A stretch of DNA of 64,000 bases, taken from assembly GCF_006345805.1 (NCBI RefSeq), contig NC_042999.1, forward strand, positions 94,488,001 to 94,552,000, written 5' to 3'. Origin of the DNA: Octopus sinensis (lineage: Eukaryota). The notes beneath the pieces were generated by a model that made no database searches, was not told the origin of the DNA, and saw only the letters and a program-made list of their open reading frames with translations. The position numbers and the translations under genes are program-made. Below, piece by piece: positions 13,690-27,426 of this stretch. How positions within the stretch are numbered: position 1 is the first letter of the stretch; each line of letters opens with the position of its first letter.

Positions 13690-14520
13690 CAAACGTCTAT
13701 CACAGCTGACAACAAAAAGGAAGAATTCCCAGATCTGTTAGTCTAAGTGTGTTAACATTACTGAAACAAGGAGCCAATACAGCGGATATTATAGACAATT
13801 TCCTACCCATAAGCCTGTTAAATATTGAGTTTAAAAGTTTGATTAAAATTTTAACAAAGAGGTTAGCACTTCTCATGGATGATTTAATCGGTAAGCTCAA
13901 ACATGTGAGGTCCCTAACAGAATCGTGTGCGACAAACTTCGCCTAACGCTTTACATCATAGAAGGAATGAATAGTAAAACTGACTTCAATGGGGCTTTGA
14001 TCAATTTGAACCAGTCGATAGCCTTCAGTTCGGTCGAGAATCGCTACTCGGAAGAAGTCCTAAAAGTAGCCGGTTTCAGAACCGATTTCAGTGGCTTGAG
14101 AGCATCTAACACTGGTTTGGTGGACAAGCTAAACGGGTCCTCTCGAAATAAAGTAAACAGTTCCTTCTCTGGTGCTCATGCCTTCACTACGTAAGTTAAG
14201 GCTCTTTAGGGCTATATCTTGCGAACTGGGATTTGGTAGAGCTGTGTCGGCTTATGCAGACGATATCACGGTAATTGCGTCACACACAAATTCATGTGAT
14301 CGATTTTATTTTAAAGAACTATGAGGTGATGGCAGGAGCTAAGAAAACATCCGAACAAATCTGTAGACTTGCAACTCGGCGACTGGAGACCCGAGTCTAT
14401 GGCAACGAACAACATAGCAGGTCGATGGACAGACCGGTGAAATTGTTCGGTGTCTGGTTTGGCCCTGATCTTTAAGTGAACTAGAAATGGGATGAGATTG
14501 GCCCAGGCTCGCCCATAAAT
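13690..14520 (+). mobile_element. Tx1/L1-clade LINE reverse transcriptase relic
   Basis: Frames read LLKQG...IDNFLPISLLNIEFKSLIKILTKRL, GALINLNQSIAFSSVENRY...VLKVAGF, VSAYADDITVI, YEVMAGAK and VKLFGVWFGPDL, with frameshifts. Confidence 0.85.
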
Positions 14521-14533
14521 AGCCCAACAAGAA

Positions 14534-14640
<107 letters not shown>

Positions 14641-15997
14641 TGTGTGTATAATATATATATTTATATATATAGTCACACATTAAAATGTGTTCCTGGGTGA
14701 GTGTGTGTTGGAGTGTGCATGAAGTTTTATATTCGAGTATGCATACACATACAAACGCTAGTAAATTCACAAGCAAATGGATAAAAGAATTGATGACACG
14801 CTCCGGAATATGTGGATGTGCATATATTCCTACAAATTTATATACATATATATCTTACATTGACTGTACAAATGTTAATACGTATTCATGTACATGTTTG
14901 AGATTGTGCATGTAGACAACTTCTGTCTGATATAATTAATATTTTTGTTGCGATGTTCACCGCAATATAATTAATACCGCGCAATACGACAAATAATACT
15001 TTCTTATATTTACAAAATTAATGGATATTTTTTTTGCAAACCAAATAAAGTATAATTACATCAACACAAAACATCAATTATATATCAACGTATAGATGTT
15101 ATTCCACCCATGAGATAACAGGTTTTTTCCAGGAAACATTCGGCAAATTGCATTGCTTCAATATGTATATATATACATGTTTGTGTATGTGTTTTATATA
15201 TATTTATATATATATGTAATTATATTCATGTATGTATATGCATATTATGTATACGCATGTATAAGTATATATGCATATATTCGTGTTTGTGTTTGTCTGT
15301 GTATTTTCTCTGCACATATAATAATGAAATCATTTGTATGCATATATTCAACAATTTCGTTCTACGGCAATAAGAATATATGTGCGCATGTATGTGTGCG
15401 ACTGTGTATCTATAAAATACATACTTGTATATGTGTGTGTGCCAGTATGCGTGTACGTGTGTGTGTATGTCTGTGTGTGTAAGTGTGTGTGTGTATGCGT
15501 GTGTGAGTAGTGCACATATGTAGTATAAATTACAAAATACAGTTATTAACTTTAAAGTAGCAGGCAATGTGACCACTAAACGATTTTATTTCTGCTCTTA
15601 ACCCGCTGTCATCTATGGATGCAACAAATTGCCAAAAGATATAGCGACCTTTGTATATGGCAGTTGTTATTTGAATCATACAACAGAATTCGAGTAAGAA
15701 ATATGTATTCAACTTCTGTATTGAGACATATGATCAAAAATGTCAACATTAGTTAATTTACATATGCTTTTCCATAAAACATTTGATACAATTGATACCT
15801 ACTTCAAATTTAATCTTTACAACATAATATCACTTATTTGTGTATTGTCGCATGCACGTTTGATTATGTAACATTATGTCTACAATGATAAGAACATATC
15901 TACCAACATATATTCCCATATACGAGTGCGTGTGTGTATGCATGTGTTTGTGAGGCGAAACAGTTCAGTAAAGATAGAATATATATATATATATATA

Positions 15998-16280
15998 CTC
16001 TTTTACTCTTTAAATTTGCTTCAGTGTTTTCACTGTGTCTATGCTGGAGCACTGCCTTTCGGCAAACAAATCGACTCCAAGACTTATTCTTTGTAAGCCT
16101 GGTATAAATTATATCGGACTGGTTTGGCAGAGTTATGGGGACGTAAATACACCGATACCAAAGGATCTACAAAATCCACTCACAAGGCTTTGGTCTGCCC
16201 GAGGCCATAGAAGAAGACACGCTTTTGGACTGAGCCCGGAAGTATGTGGTTGAGAAGCTTAACACAGAAACTCCAGCGCC
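15998..16280 (-). mobile_element. tRNA-derived SINE, family B, internally deleted
   Basis: Reverse complement matches the head and 3' tail of 17816-18247; the central microsatellite region is missing. Confidence 0.8.
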
Positions 16281-16287
16281 TATAAAT

Positions 16288-16319
<32 letters not shown>

Positions 16320-17731
16320 TCACCTGCTTCGTGCTCATTCACCTGTCTGTCTACGTTTTTTATATTCTGTAAATTTGCACCCAATATTTTATGTTTTTAT
16401 TGTCTTTTGGTTTTATGTAATTTTGTTTTACACAGTGAAATTATTTGATAAAAATAGAAATTTCCGGGCATGACTTATACTCTCGATTTCATTATACTGT
16501 ATGTCATGATATATCTAAGCAAATTCTAGTTCACTAATAAGTATATAAATTTCTTTTCTCGAAACAGACAATAAAATAGAGCAAGAGAAAATTCTGTAAA
16601 TCTTTTAGTATTTTTATAATGAACACTTTCAAACCAACTAGTAACTGAATTCCATTCTGCGAAGATGATTCTCTAAACTAGCATTTCTGCAGGGGTTTTT
16701 TCGGGATTTTTTTTTGTAATTGTTTTGTGAAATTAATTAATCTACATTTGTATATCGAAATGGAATTTTAAATGTGTTCCTTCAGTGTAATATTTTTCTC
16801 CCATTGCGCTAAAAATTCCAGATCATTATATAATTTTAGATAATGAGTTCTATTTTAAGAACCCTTTCGTTAATAATGTCAGACGATGAGTTGTTCAGAC
16901 CGATAATAATAAACAGTAAACGATTTGGGTTTGAAAATCAATCAGCGTGCTAATACATGTATTTTATATGAACTTGTATACTATATTGTGTGTGTGTGTG
17001 TCTATTTCTTTGAACCACTTTGTATAAGTGTGTACGCATGTATGTAAGCATCTATGTATATAGGGACACACATTATGGGGCGGAAATATACTTGGCATTT
17101 CGTGTAACGTAGGTACAATAATTTCACGGTTTTGTAAAATCCATGGTGCATATACAAATTAATAATTACAATACTAATATTCAAAATAATATATTTATTA
17201 AGATTAAATTAAATGAGACCTCATTTGTAATTTTTACAATAAACACGTTAGCAATAATAACACTGTTTAAATATGAATTAATTAATGACGTAAACTATTG
17301 ATTAATTCCACATATGGCATCGTGACGAAACACCCGACAATATCATTAGTATTGATTTCGTTCATACGTATTGGGTACGCCGATTGTCTTCATGTAACCA
17401 TCCATTATGTATATGTGAGTGCGTGCTTCTGTGTGAAGACGTATTTGTGTAGAGGGTCGCTTTGTGAAATATAACTTTTTCAACCTAAGGGTAGCATAAC
17501 TGGGTTTTACCCACTTTAATAATGGGGTCTCACTACGACTGATTTAAAACCTTATGTAGTATCATGCTAAAGAGATCATCATCCAATAAAATGAAATACC
17601 AATCCTCACACAAATATGATGATAAGTAATCAAAACTAGCATTAATATAATCACTTATTGATTCATATAATGTTGCCTTATCAAAACCAAGTTAGATGTT
17701 TGGCGGTCAATATGAAGCGGCTTTGTTAATG

Positions 17732-17815
<84 letters not shown>

Positions 17816-17817
<2 letters not shown>

Positions 17818-17980
17818 CGCAGGAGTGGCTGTGTGGTAAGTAGCTTGCTAACCAACCACATGGCTCCGGGTTCAGTCCCACTGCGTGGCATCTTGGGCAA
17901 GTGTCTTCTGCTATAGCCCCGGGCCGACCAATGCCTTGTGAGTGGATTTGGTAGACGGAAACTGAAAGAATCCTGTCGTA

Positions 17981-18027
<47 letters not shown>

Positions 18028-18247
18028 ATGTGTGTGTATTTGTGTGTCTGTCCCCCTAGCATTGCTTGACAACCGATGCTGGTGTGTTTACGTCCCCGTC
18101 ACTTAGCGGTTCGGCAAAAGAGACCGATAGAATAAGTACTGGGCTTACAAAGAATAAGTCCCGGGGTCGATTTGCTCGACTAAAGGCAGTGCTCCAGCAT
18201 GGCCGCAGTCAAATGACCGAAACAAGTAAAAGATAAAAGATAAAAGA
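17816..18247 (+). mobile_element. tRNA-derived SINE, family B, full length with internal (TA)n(TG)n
   Basis: GGCGCAGGAGTGGCTGTGTGGTAAG...GGGTTCAGTCCC head, conserved body, internal microsatellite at ~17978-18035 and a (TAAAAGA)n tail. Confidence 0.9.
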
Positions 18248-19989
18248 TATCACTAATAGATGTTATATCAGAAAAGGTAAGGTTGGATGATAAAAAGCCA
18301 GCGATGGGATTTGTTTTCTCGTTTGACATATTCGACTTCCTTACTCAAAATTCAGTTGCGGTGAGCTTGTAAAAGCTCCGCTTTGAGCTCCGATTCCTCT
18401 TTGATGGACATCTATTTCACTTCCTTTAGTAATTCTTATTTTAAAATTTGTTAATATTTTCCTGTTGAAAATGTGATAATTGGCTAAATAATACAACGTC
18501 CCGTTTGCACTTGTGTTTGTGAAATGCCAAAACATTAACACGCACCTCTGCCCAAATCTGTTTAGATGTAAATTTTCAACGTAATTATAACTTTCGTCAT
18601 GGGTTAGTAAAGTGAGATTCAGTAAGATTGGATAAGTCCACAAGAGATTCTTTCATCGATTCAACAAAAGCGTATGATAGCAGAACAAAAATTCTACCAA
18701 TCAGACGTCGTGATAGATAATTGTCTGATTTTGTAATATAATAATGTGGAGATAATCCCTTTTACATATAATATTTTCATCACCTTCATTGATTAATAAT
18801 ACATTCATATGCATGACCCATACGTATCAACGCCGATTCTTTTCAGTTATTGCTTACCCATGAGTAAAAGCAGTGCCCATAATGCTATAAAGGGCACAAG
18901 TGACACTTTTTATTAAAAGCACATTAATTTTTCGCTCAATCACATATTTCTCAAGGATAGAGAGAAATTCATTTAGCTAATTTACATTTTGATATTAATG
19001 CACTTTGAGAAAGCTAAGAACACAAGAATATCAATTACCACTTGTAGAATAAGATATATTATATTTCAGTCAAGTATCATTTCAAGCCCAGACAGCAATA
19101 AGCAGGAAATAGAATTGTGAAAACTAGGACCAGCTTACATGTCATCTATTCTGTGCGAGGCAAACTCATTGAGACAGGAAGATTGGTTTTAAAATTATAC
19201 TTCTCTGTCGAGCGTGTATTTATCGTTGGATTATATAATTAGATTACTCAAGTTCGTTTATAATTTTGCATTTATACGTCTGCGAAGATATGTTTTTATG
19301 TTACTTATATCCATTTACGTTGTTTTATTTATGCATTTTTAAATTTTTCATCACCTCTCGTATCTCTTTCTATTAAATATCACCAAAAACTAAGTCTTTA
19401 TGAATTTGTACCTTCGACATTTTCTCAATCTGTAGTTTTGTCTATAACTGAAATGTAATAATGATTAAAACATGTTAAACATTTAATATTATCTTCACTG
19501 CAAAATACAAACAAATCAGCTGACAAAATGCAGAAAAATATGTCTCCAACTGCCTAATGTTTCTTTCTCTTAAACCATACAAGGAGTAGTCATCAGCTGT
19601 TCCATAAGTCTAAGAATTTTGCTTAACTCTAGTTTGTATACATAATAAATACTTATAAACTTTCTATCTACTACATCTTTTATGCCGTGCATAGAAGATG
19701 GATAAATTTTGTTATTGTTGTTTTTATCTGATGAAGGCATAAAAAGCCTACTGTAGAAACAAATCAAATTAATTCCATATACATAAGCGCGTGTGATATT
19801 CAGCATTTATTATTATATCTTTTTATTTTTACTTTCCATATGGATGCTAAATATCATGTTATGTACAAAAATTATGTATCATATTACCTAAAAGTTGTGG
19901 TATGAAACAATTCGTCTCACACGCACGCGCACACATACACACACATACACACACATACACACTCACACATAATATTTACTCTTGGTACT

Positions 19990-20205
19990 AAGGTGGAGAG
20001 CTGGCTGAATCGTTAACATAGTGAGCAAAAATGCATAGTGGCATTTCGTCCGTATCTACGTTCTGAGTTCAAATTCCGACGAGGTCACCTTTGCATTTAA
20101 TCCTTTCGGTGTCGATAAGATAAATATCTTTTGAGTACTGGGAACAATGTAACTGACTTAACTCCACTCCCGAAATTGCTGGCCTTGGGCCAAAATTTGA
20201 AACCA
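19990..20205 (+). mobile_element. tRNA-derived SINE, family C copy
   Basis: AAGGTGGAGAGCTGGCTGAATCGTTA...TACGTTCTGAGTTCAAATTCC...GGCCTTGGGCCAAAATTTGAAACC. Confidence 0.85.
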
Positions 20206-21024
20206 ATATTTATTCCTGGTGGAATGATATATAGACAAAGCCAGTCAAAGGCACAGTAAAACTGAAAGAACAGAGTGGGAAAGAAATAGAACAGAAATAG
20301 TTTATGAGGATAAAATAAAAGGGTTGTGTAGAATGCCTTATCGCAAAATGTTACACAGAAAAACAGAGAATGAGAAGCACAAATAAACAAATATGAACAA
20401 ATAGACATTTCACGAATTCTGGCTTTCCATGTTTCATGATATCCACGCCGAGTAATTGCTGCTCTTTGGGTATGCACTACCGCCATCTACTTCCTATTGA
20501 AACAATATGTCGTCCTCAAGGACTCTGTTTATAAAACTGGTGTAAACGAGTTTGATAACCTAACTAAAATTTCTTCCTATACATAAACCATTCCCATAGT
20601 TTGTCTTCAATAGCAGTACGAATGGATTACAATGTGATATTACTCTTATTATCACAAAATCAATTTGACTGTTAGTATTCCAATGTATTTGCTCTCTACG
20701 TCCTGATAATATATCTTTGTGGGATTAAATTTGCGTTTCATCACTTCAAGGTCAATAAAGTAACCTCCCAGAACAGAAATATAGTACTCTTCCTCCTTCT
20801 ATCTTTCTCTCTTTATTCCTCTTTTCTATGAACAACGATCGTATTAGTAAGAGCAGATTTGTCCAAGAGTATCACATCGTTCCGTGTTAAGAATCGCATT
20901 GCGGCACGAATAATTGAGGAATACTCTCCAGATCACAATTACTCAACGTCTTTTGGTCGCAGACTTTTCTGCTTTCATTGCAAGTAATACTACAACTTCA
21001 GTAACAATAATTCAAGACTAATGT

Positions 21025-21462
21025 TGACTTCAAATTTTTGCACAAGACCGACTATATTGGGTTCGATTACTTCGAACCTAGTGTTCAACTGGTACTCATT
21101 TTATCAACCCCGAAACGATGAAGGGCAATTTAATTTAGAACCTAAAGATATGTCGGCAAGCATTTCGCTAGGCGTGCTAACGATTCTACCAGTTCGCCGC
21201 CTTATTCAATGATAATAATGAATTCAAGTTTTAGCACAAGGCCAGTAATTTTGGGACAGGTATAGGTCGACTACTTCGACATCATTGCTTGACTGGTACT
21301 TATTTTATCGACACCGAGAGGAGGAAAGGCAAAGTCGACCTCGGCGAAATCTGATCTCATAATGTAGCGACGTGCAAAATGCCGCTAAGCATGTATCAGC
21401 AAAGCTTGTTGCTGCTAAGAATTTTGACCGACGTGCTTAAGATTTTGCTAGAGCGTCGCCTT
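21025..21462 (-). mobile_element. Two tandem family C SINE copies (~21025-21203 and ~21224-21462)
   Basis: Both show the reverse-complemented family C head and tail, arranged head-to-tail. Confidence 0.8.
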
Positions 21463-23399
21463 ATTCAAAACCAATATTATAAACATATATGGTACAGGAG
21501 AAAATGGTTTTAGAGGACGTATTTTTCTGCCGCATAACAGCGGTTGTCAATTTCCAGCTGCTGTAATCTATGAATAATGTCAAGTAGATATCAGAAATAT
21601 TATTCGAATGGAACACATGTTAAATTTGAATTCAATATTTTCATTACTACAACCACTATGCTTAAGAAGTCAAACTTGCATACATATCTTTTAAAGTAAT
21701 CTAAACGATAAGAAGCTAATTCACTGTGACAGGTATACGCAAATATTTAAAAATGTATAGTGTCTATCACAAAAGAAATTATTACAATCATTTTCTTTCT
21801 CTTTTCTGTTACTGAAGAAGTAGATATATATCAGATTGATGACTTGCAACAATCATATTCGTGTTGTATAGAATTTGATGTCAAAAGACAAGGATATAAC
21901 TTGTTCTTAGTTTGCAAATTGTTTCTGTTTTTAGGCTAAGTTCTTTTTTTTAATATACAGAACCGATTCGTATTCAAGTAGAAATATCAATAATACTATG
22001 ACGTGAAAAAGGCGGAAGGCTTCATGAGGGAGAAAACGTGAATAATATCGGATTTCATGTCAAAAATCAGTATTTTAGATGTTCAAAAGCAATAAGATGG
22101 CAGAAAGATTACAGCAACTAAAGACCGCTTTAAGATTGTACATAGTGTACAGTTCACACGCATTTATTTTCGTGTAACCTCAGTGAAATTAATGATAGTG
22201 TATTTCCCACCACTCTCGGTGATAAGCATGGTTTTGCAACCAAGAGAATGCTTGGATAATTAGCGTTCCCTAGACATGTGAACTCTTGACGCGGTTTAAG
22301 TTGTATCTGCATTACACAATACGAAAAGGTTTGGCCTTTGAATTAAAAATATGGTGGGAAAGACAGAAGAATTAATAGTGTTGGCGGAAGGGTAATATAT
22401 TGATAGTTACAGGAAAGATTAAAGGGAATCTTAATAGGTTATATGCTCCGTGATCATAGAACCGGAATGCTTACGTGAGGTATCGCAGCTCAATCTTCTG
22501 CCAATTCAAAGTTCGTAAGAAATATATATTCACACGAACTCATGCATATGCATGTAGGTGTGTATGAATTTACTATGTATGTATTTATATGAACAATATA
22601 TATTTATGTATATGTATACATGCATATATAATAGAATAATACATACACATATATTCATATATATTATCTATATTCATAAATATATAACCTGGGTTTATAA
22701 TTTTATAAATATTTATATATATATACATATGTAAATGCAGATAATAGGTGCAGGTAATTATTGGGGCACGGGGATATGTAACACACTGCCTAAATACAAA
22801 TCTTGAGAAGTTATGCTTCTCAAAAACCGGAGAGGACAAAGCTTTTCGAACACTACAGATAGAATCCATCACCAGAACAGTATCATTTATGTACAAATGA
22901 GCATGTTTAGATATGCAACAATATGCATGAGAATATATACATAAAACAAAACATACCAGTCAACACATATACATAGAAAATTACTCTGTTGATGTTATTC
23001 AAATTCCAATAGAGAAGCCTTGGATGTAGATTCGAAACCTGCTCTTTCTCTTTTGGCAAGAAGTTTTGAAATAAAACTGGATAATGACATACACACATCC
23101 ATACATGCATGTATATCGATATTTAATTGTAAGATTCCAAAATCTAAGAGTAGGAAGTTTGTAAGCTTCAAGCAGTATATGATAGGTAGAAAAACAATAA
23201 TAATTTATTGTTGAAGAACAATAATAATATATTGGCGTCGAAGGCTGTAGACTTTGCCCATATCTAAAATGCGGGGTACTCATAAGGCCCAAGATATGGT
23301 ATACATGTGTGTGTGTGTGCGTGTGTACATATCGTACATAGGCATTTTTATTCGTGTTACGTTAGTTCAGCGGGTCATTATGTCCCAACGGTCTCTAGA

Positions 23400-23790
23400 C
23401 GATTCCCGCAGAGCATTGGGTGTTAAAACACCTGGAATTCATGGACAGAAGATACAACACTCTCCATACTTAAATCAGGTGTGATTGATAGAGATTCATC
23501 GCCATTTTTGTACTGAATCGAACCAGGGACGAATTAAATCGCCAGTCTATGACTATAGAAGAATATGGAGGTATGCCTCGGCGATGAATACGCTTCCTCT
23601 CACACCTACTTTCTCCCTTCACTCCCACCCACCCCTACTGTCCTCTCTTGCTCTGACATACTTCTCTTCATTCCTATCCACCCTCTCTCTTCATCGTCAC
23701 CGACCCCTACACATTCCAACCCCACCATCCCTATATATCCCATCCCACACATTCCACTCACCCATACCCACCCTCACACCTCACTTTTAC
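23400..23790 (+). mobile_element. Possible highly decayed PLE 3' end followed by a C-rich tract
   Basis: IHRHF motif and ...MN near the ORF end, then a CA/pyrimidine-rich tract resembling the reverse complement of 45130-45650. Weak. Confidence 0.3.
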
Positions 23791-23994
23791 ATAGCCTTAT
23801 ATATATATATTATATACATAAGGATAAGATCGTTATTTAAAATACTGATCATATCAAGTGGCTAGCATGGGAATAAAAACTCATAGGTGATAACTATTAT
23901 TAAAATTATAGTTAAGGGTATCTAAAAGACACCACCATGCTAGATATAGCAGCCAAAACGTGACTCTAAAACCACGTTAAATGTTCATACAGCA

Positions 23995-24927
23995 CCAGTA
24001 GACAAGAGCCATCGTCTTTGACAGAGTCGACCATAATATACTGTTAAGGAAACTATTCAACGCTGGAGTTGGTGGAAAGCTACTTTAATGGATTAGGTAT
24101 TCCCAAAGAAACAGGACCCAGCATGCTGTGGTGGATGGCATCCTCTCAAGACCAGCACAGGTCATCAGCGAAGTCCAGCAGCGTACTCTGCTGGGTCCAC
24201 TTCTATGTATTGTCTACATCAATGACATTGCAGATTCCATTGAACATAGCACCATAAAAATATTTGCAGATGACTCTAAGCTCCAGGAAGTCATTAAGGG
24301 GACATATGATCGAACAATGTTTCAACCGGACGTGTGCGCAGTAACCCAGTGGGCACAAAAAAACAATATGCAGTTGAACGAAGAATACTTTGAATTCATC
24401 CCCTTTGGAAGAGAAGGCATTCTCAAACCGTCGGATAATATCGGAAACTTAGGTGTAACTGTCTACAGAAAACTTAGCTGCAGTGTGCACAAAAAAGTCG
24501 ATGTTGCCCGCAGAATATGCTCGTGGATCCTCAGACCTTTTCAGTCTAGAGATCATGAAACCATCACGTTTCTCTTCTTCACATTCCCTAGGCCCTACCT
24601 CGAATACTGCTCCCCATTGTGATCCCCCTACAAAAAAACAAGACATAATGAGGATCGAAGAGGCACAATGATCAATCACAAAAAAATAAATGGCATGGTG
24701 GGACTTTATTTGGCTCAACTTAAACAGCTGGATTGAGTGATGCATTATTTGCAAAAAGTGGAAAATGTTCCACCAATATTGTCCAACTGATATGTGTATC
24801 ATGTTTACAATTCACCCAAGACTAGGCCCCCGTGCAATGCGTCCCCTACAAATGTGGGGATCACATCACACAAGAACATTGCGAAACAATTTCTTCACTG
24901 CAAATGGTCCTGCAATGTTCAATGTTA
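23995..24927 (+). mobile_element. CR1-group LINE RT and C-terminal relic
   Basis: FDRVDHNILL, then ORF 24128-24622 with VQQRTLLGPLLCIVYINDI, IFADDSKL, NLGVTV and RPYLEYCSPL, then TLRNNFFTANGPAMFN. Confidence 0.9.
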
Positions 24928-24949
24928 CATATATATATATATATATACA

Positions 24950-25557
24950 CGCCCGAGTGGGTACCCGAATTACAGGAAACGTTCTGTGTGAGACGAAACC
25001 GTTTTATTTCAGGCTTTCGCCTCTAGAAGCCGTTTGATGCGACTTCACTTATCGCTTGAAGACCAACCTCGTTCAAGACCACCATCGATCTCCCGCACGA
25101 ATGAAAACGTCGTGAAAAGTCATCAACTGATCTTAAAGTACCGTCAACGAACTGATGACGAACTTGTTATTACTGGTATTCCTTTGAGCGAGGAATTGTG
25201 AATGAAATTGCAGCAAATTTTGTGCCTCACTTGATCAAAATATAAATATTAGTCACGTGTCTCACTCGATAAAAAATGAAAAGCATCGGGAACTGATACA
25301 AGAAGTCATCACTGGTGATGAAGGAGGTGCTACGGAATTTACAGGTGTGGCAGAGGCGGAGAAAAAATCCGACAGAGGTGTTAAAGACATAATTTTGCAA
25401 GAGCGCTAGTACTGCTCCTAAGAGGGGAAACGCACCTGGACCAATACATTCTTTCAAACAGAGAATACTTTGAAGGCAATAAAAGTGTAAACTTGTAAAA
25501 CTAAGTGAATACAATAACATTGCACAATTGCAGTTTATTTTGGGTACTACCTTGCAT
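24950..25557 (+). mobile_element. Internally deleted mariner transposon with degenerate TIRs
   Basis: Frames read LEDQPRSRPPS..TNENV (HTH linker), AANFVPHL, VITGDE (first catalytic Asp) and terminal EYFEGNK. Ends ~24952-24978 and ~25528-25556 are imperfect inverted repeats (GTACCC core) flanked by TA runs. Confidence 0.8.
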
Positions 25558-25591
25558 ATGTATATATATATATATATAAATATATATATAT

Positions 25592-25715
25592 CACCAAATT
25601 AATTAACAGAATTTCAAGTAGTGTTGCAATACGACCGTTTCAAGCGACTCCATTTAATTGAACAATGCAATCATTACTACATCAATTTAAATACAACGCT
25701 ATCTTCAGCTTCACA
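25592..25715 (+). repeat. Dispersed repeat terminus; second copy at ~50085-50210 (minus)
   Basis: Shared ...TACGA.CGTTTCA..C.ACTCCATTTAATTGAACAA.GCAATCATTAC..ATCAATTTAAA...ATCTTCAGCT; both copies abut (TA)n. Confidence 0.8.
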
Positions 25716-25964
25716 AATAGGATTTTCAGCAGACAAGATATATTAATATAATTTTTCTTAAATATTTTAACAGAACAAGAAGATAGAAGAAGTCCATGTT
25801 GCAACTATTGTAGCAAGAATAGCTAAGAGAACAGATAACAATGCGAGGAACAGTGCTAGGAATATTAATGCAGTATATGGGGATCCGACTATTCGGATTT
25901 TTCTTTCCTTGGTCGAGTTCAGGATTATTTTGAAACATATATCTACATAAGTATATAGACATAT

Positions 25965-26192
25965 GAATATATATATATATATATTATATATATATATATA
26001 TATATGTATGTATATATGTATATATATATGCATGTATATATATATATGAATGTATATATACATGTATATATATGCATGTATATGTATATATATATGTATA
26101 TATATATGCATATATATATATATGTATATGCATATATATATATGTATATATATATGCATGTATATATATATATATGTATATATATATGCATG

Positions 26193-26223
<31 letters not shown>

Positions 26224-26235
26224 GCTTGTATATAT

Positions 26236-26287
<52 letters not shown>

Positions 26288-26292
26288 ATATA
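25965..26292. repeat. (TA)n microsatellite with recurring CATG/TG interruptions
   Basis: Directly visible; source of the YI/MY ORFs. Confidence 0.95.
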
Positions 26293-27380
26293 TGAGACTG
26301 TATTTTCTGTGTCTTGTGCATTTATTTGAATAATGTATCTCTCTACGTATTCTACTAAAGAAAAATAAATCATATTGAATGAAATCCATTATCATATACG
26401 TGTAATTTCGCTCCTCTAGAAGATATAACGTTTTCTCACTAAACTCCTTTAGAAATGATATTTGAGCGCCGATTAGATATAAACAAATCAACAAATGCAA
26501 CAGTGTATTAGATTTTTGCTGGAAAAAGTATAATACGCCTCTTACGTATTTCCTAGATGCAGTAGCTTTTGAAGAAGTAATGTCAAATAGATAAGTTTAT
26601 AACGTTGTGAAAAGGGCTTCCCAGGAAATTACTCTTGTGCAACGGCATTTCTCGGGATAACATAATAGTAAAACACATTTTTTCCTTAGAACAATGACTT
26701 ATATTTTATTAAGTCACATATCGGAATGGTTGATTAGATATTTGCTAGTAATTGTATTGAACCGTGAAGAGAAAAATAAACATGATTAGCCGTAATGGAT
26801 TTTATACTCAAACTTAAACATATCATTTTATAGTATTAGAAAATAGACGTTTTCTCCATAGTTGATTCACTCAACCTATTATGCTCTAATACCTACAATT
26901 ATTGCTAAAAAGTGAGGGACAGAGCATTACAAAACTACATTTGTTGGGTTGTACAAAATCCCATTTGTCGGGTTGAAATATGACAGATGTTTGTAGCACT
27001 TCTGTCTTATTTCGGTTAAACAGCTTCAGTTTCTCTTCTTGACAGTTTATTTTCAGAGCGCATTTGATCTTGTCGAGAACTGTTTACCACAAAGATTCTT
27101 CACGTCTATTCTCTAAATCCGGTTTCTTGTACTTGTCGTGAAAATCACTACTAACATAAATGCAACTAATTAGCTGTGAGAAAATTATGTTTGATTGAGA
27201 TGACGCTTTTATGATTTGTTCATACAGCGTGGTATTCAACTTAATATTCGCTCCAACAATATTTGATGTTAGAATGTACATAGACGTTACTAAAAAAGCA
27301 ATTAGTCTTTCTATTAGTTCACTCGTTTCACTATCCTCAAAAATTACGTGAGTAATGTTAGTTACCAGTAGGTTGCTCAC

Positions 27381-27426
27381 GTTTTGAAGCCCTGGTCCTA
27401 TATAAATAGGACCAGGGCTTCAAAAC
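27381..27426. repeat. Perfect 21-bp inverted repeat with 4-nt loop
   Basis: GTTTTGAAGCCCTGGTCCTAT-ATAA-ATAGGACCAGGGCTTCAAAAC. Confidence 0.95.

Noticed and set aside
18620-18720. FIDSTKAYDS, resembling LINE RT domain 3
   Set aside because: Single short motif without flanking RT motifs; possibly a tiny relic but too weak to list.
19728-19760. CTGATGA followed by an AGGC/GCCT hairpin
   Set aside because: GAAA does not follow stem II directly (6-nt insertion) and there is no stem I/III or cleavage triplet. Other CTGATGA hits (~25149, ~32874, ~42525, ~48707, ~54064) also lack the rest of the fold.
27084-27380. 98-aa minus ORF with a GTAAAC donor-like end; also ORF 31223-31522 and short splice-flanked segments near 13161, 26544 and 33272
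   Set aside because: No recognisable homology, and exon phases do not chain into a coherent gene model.
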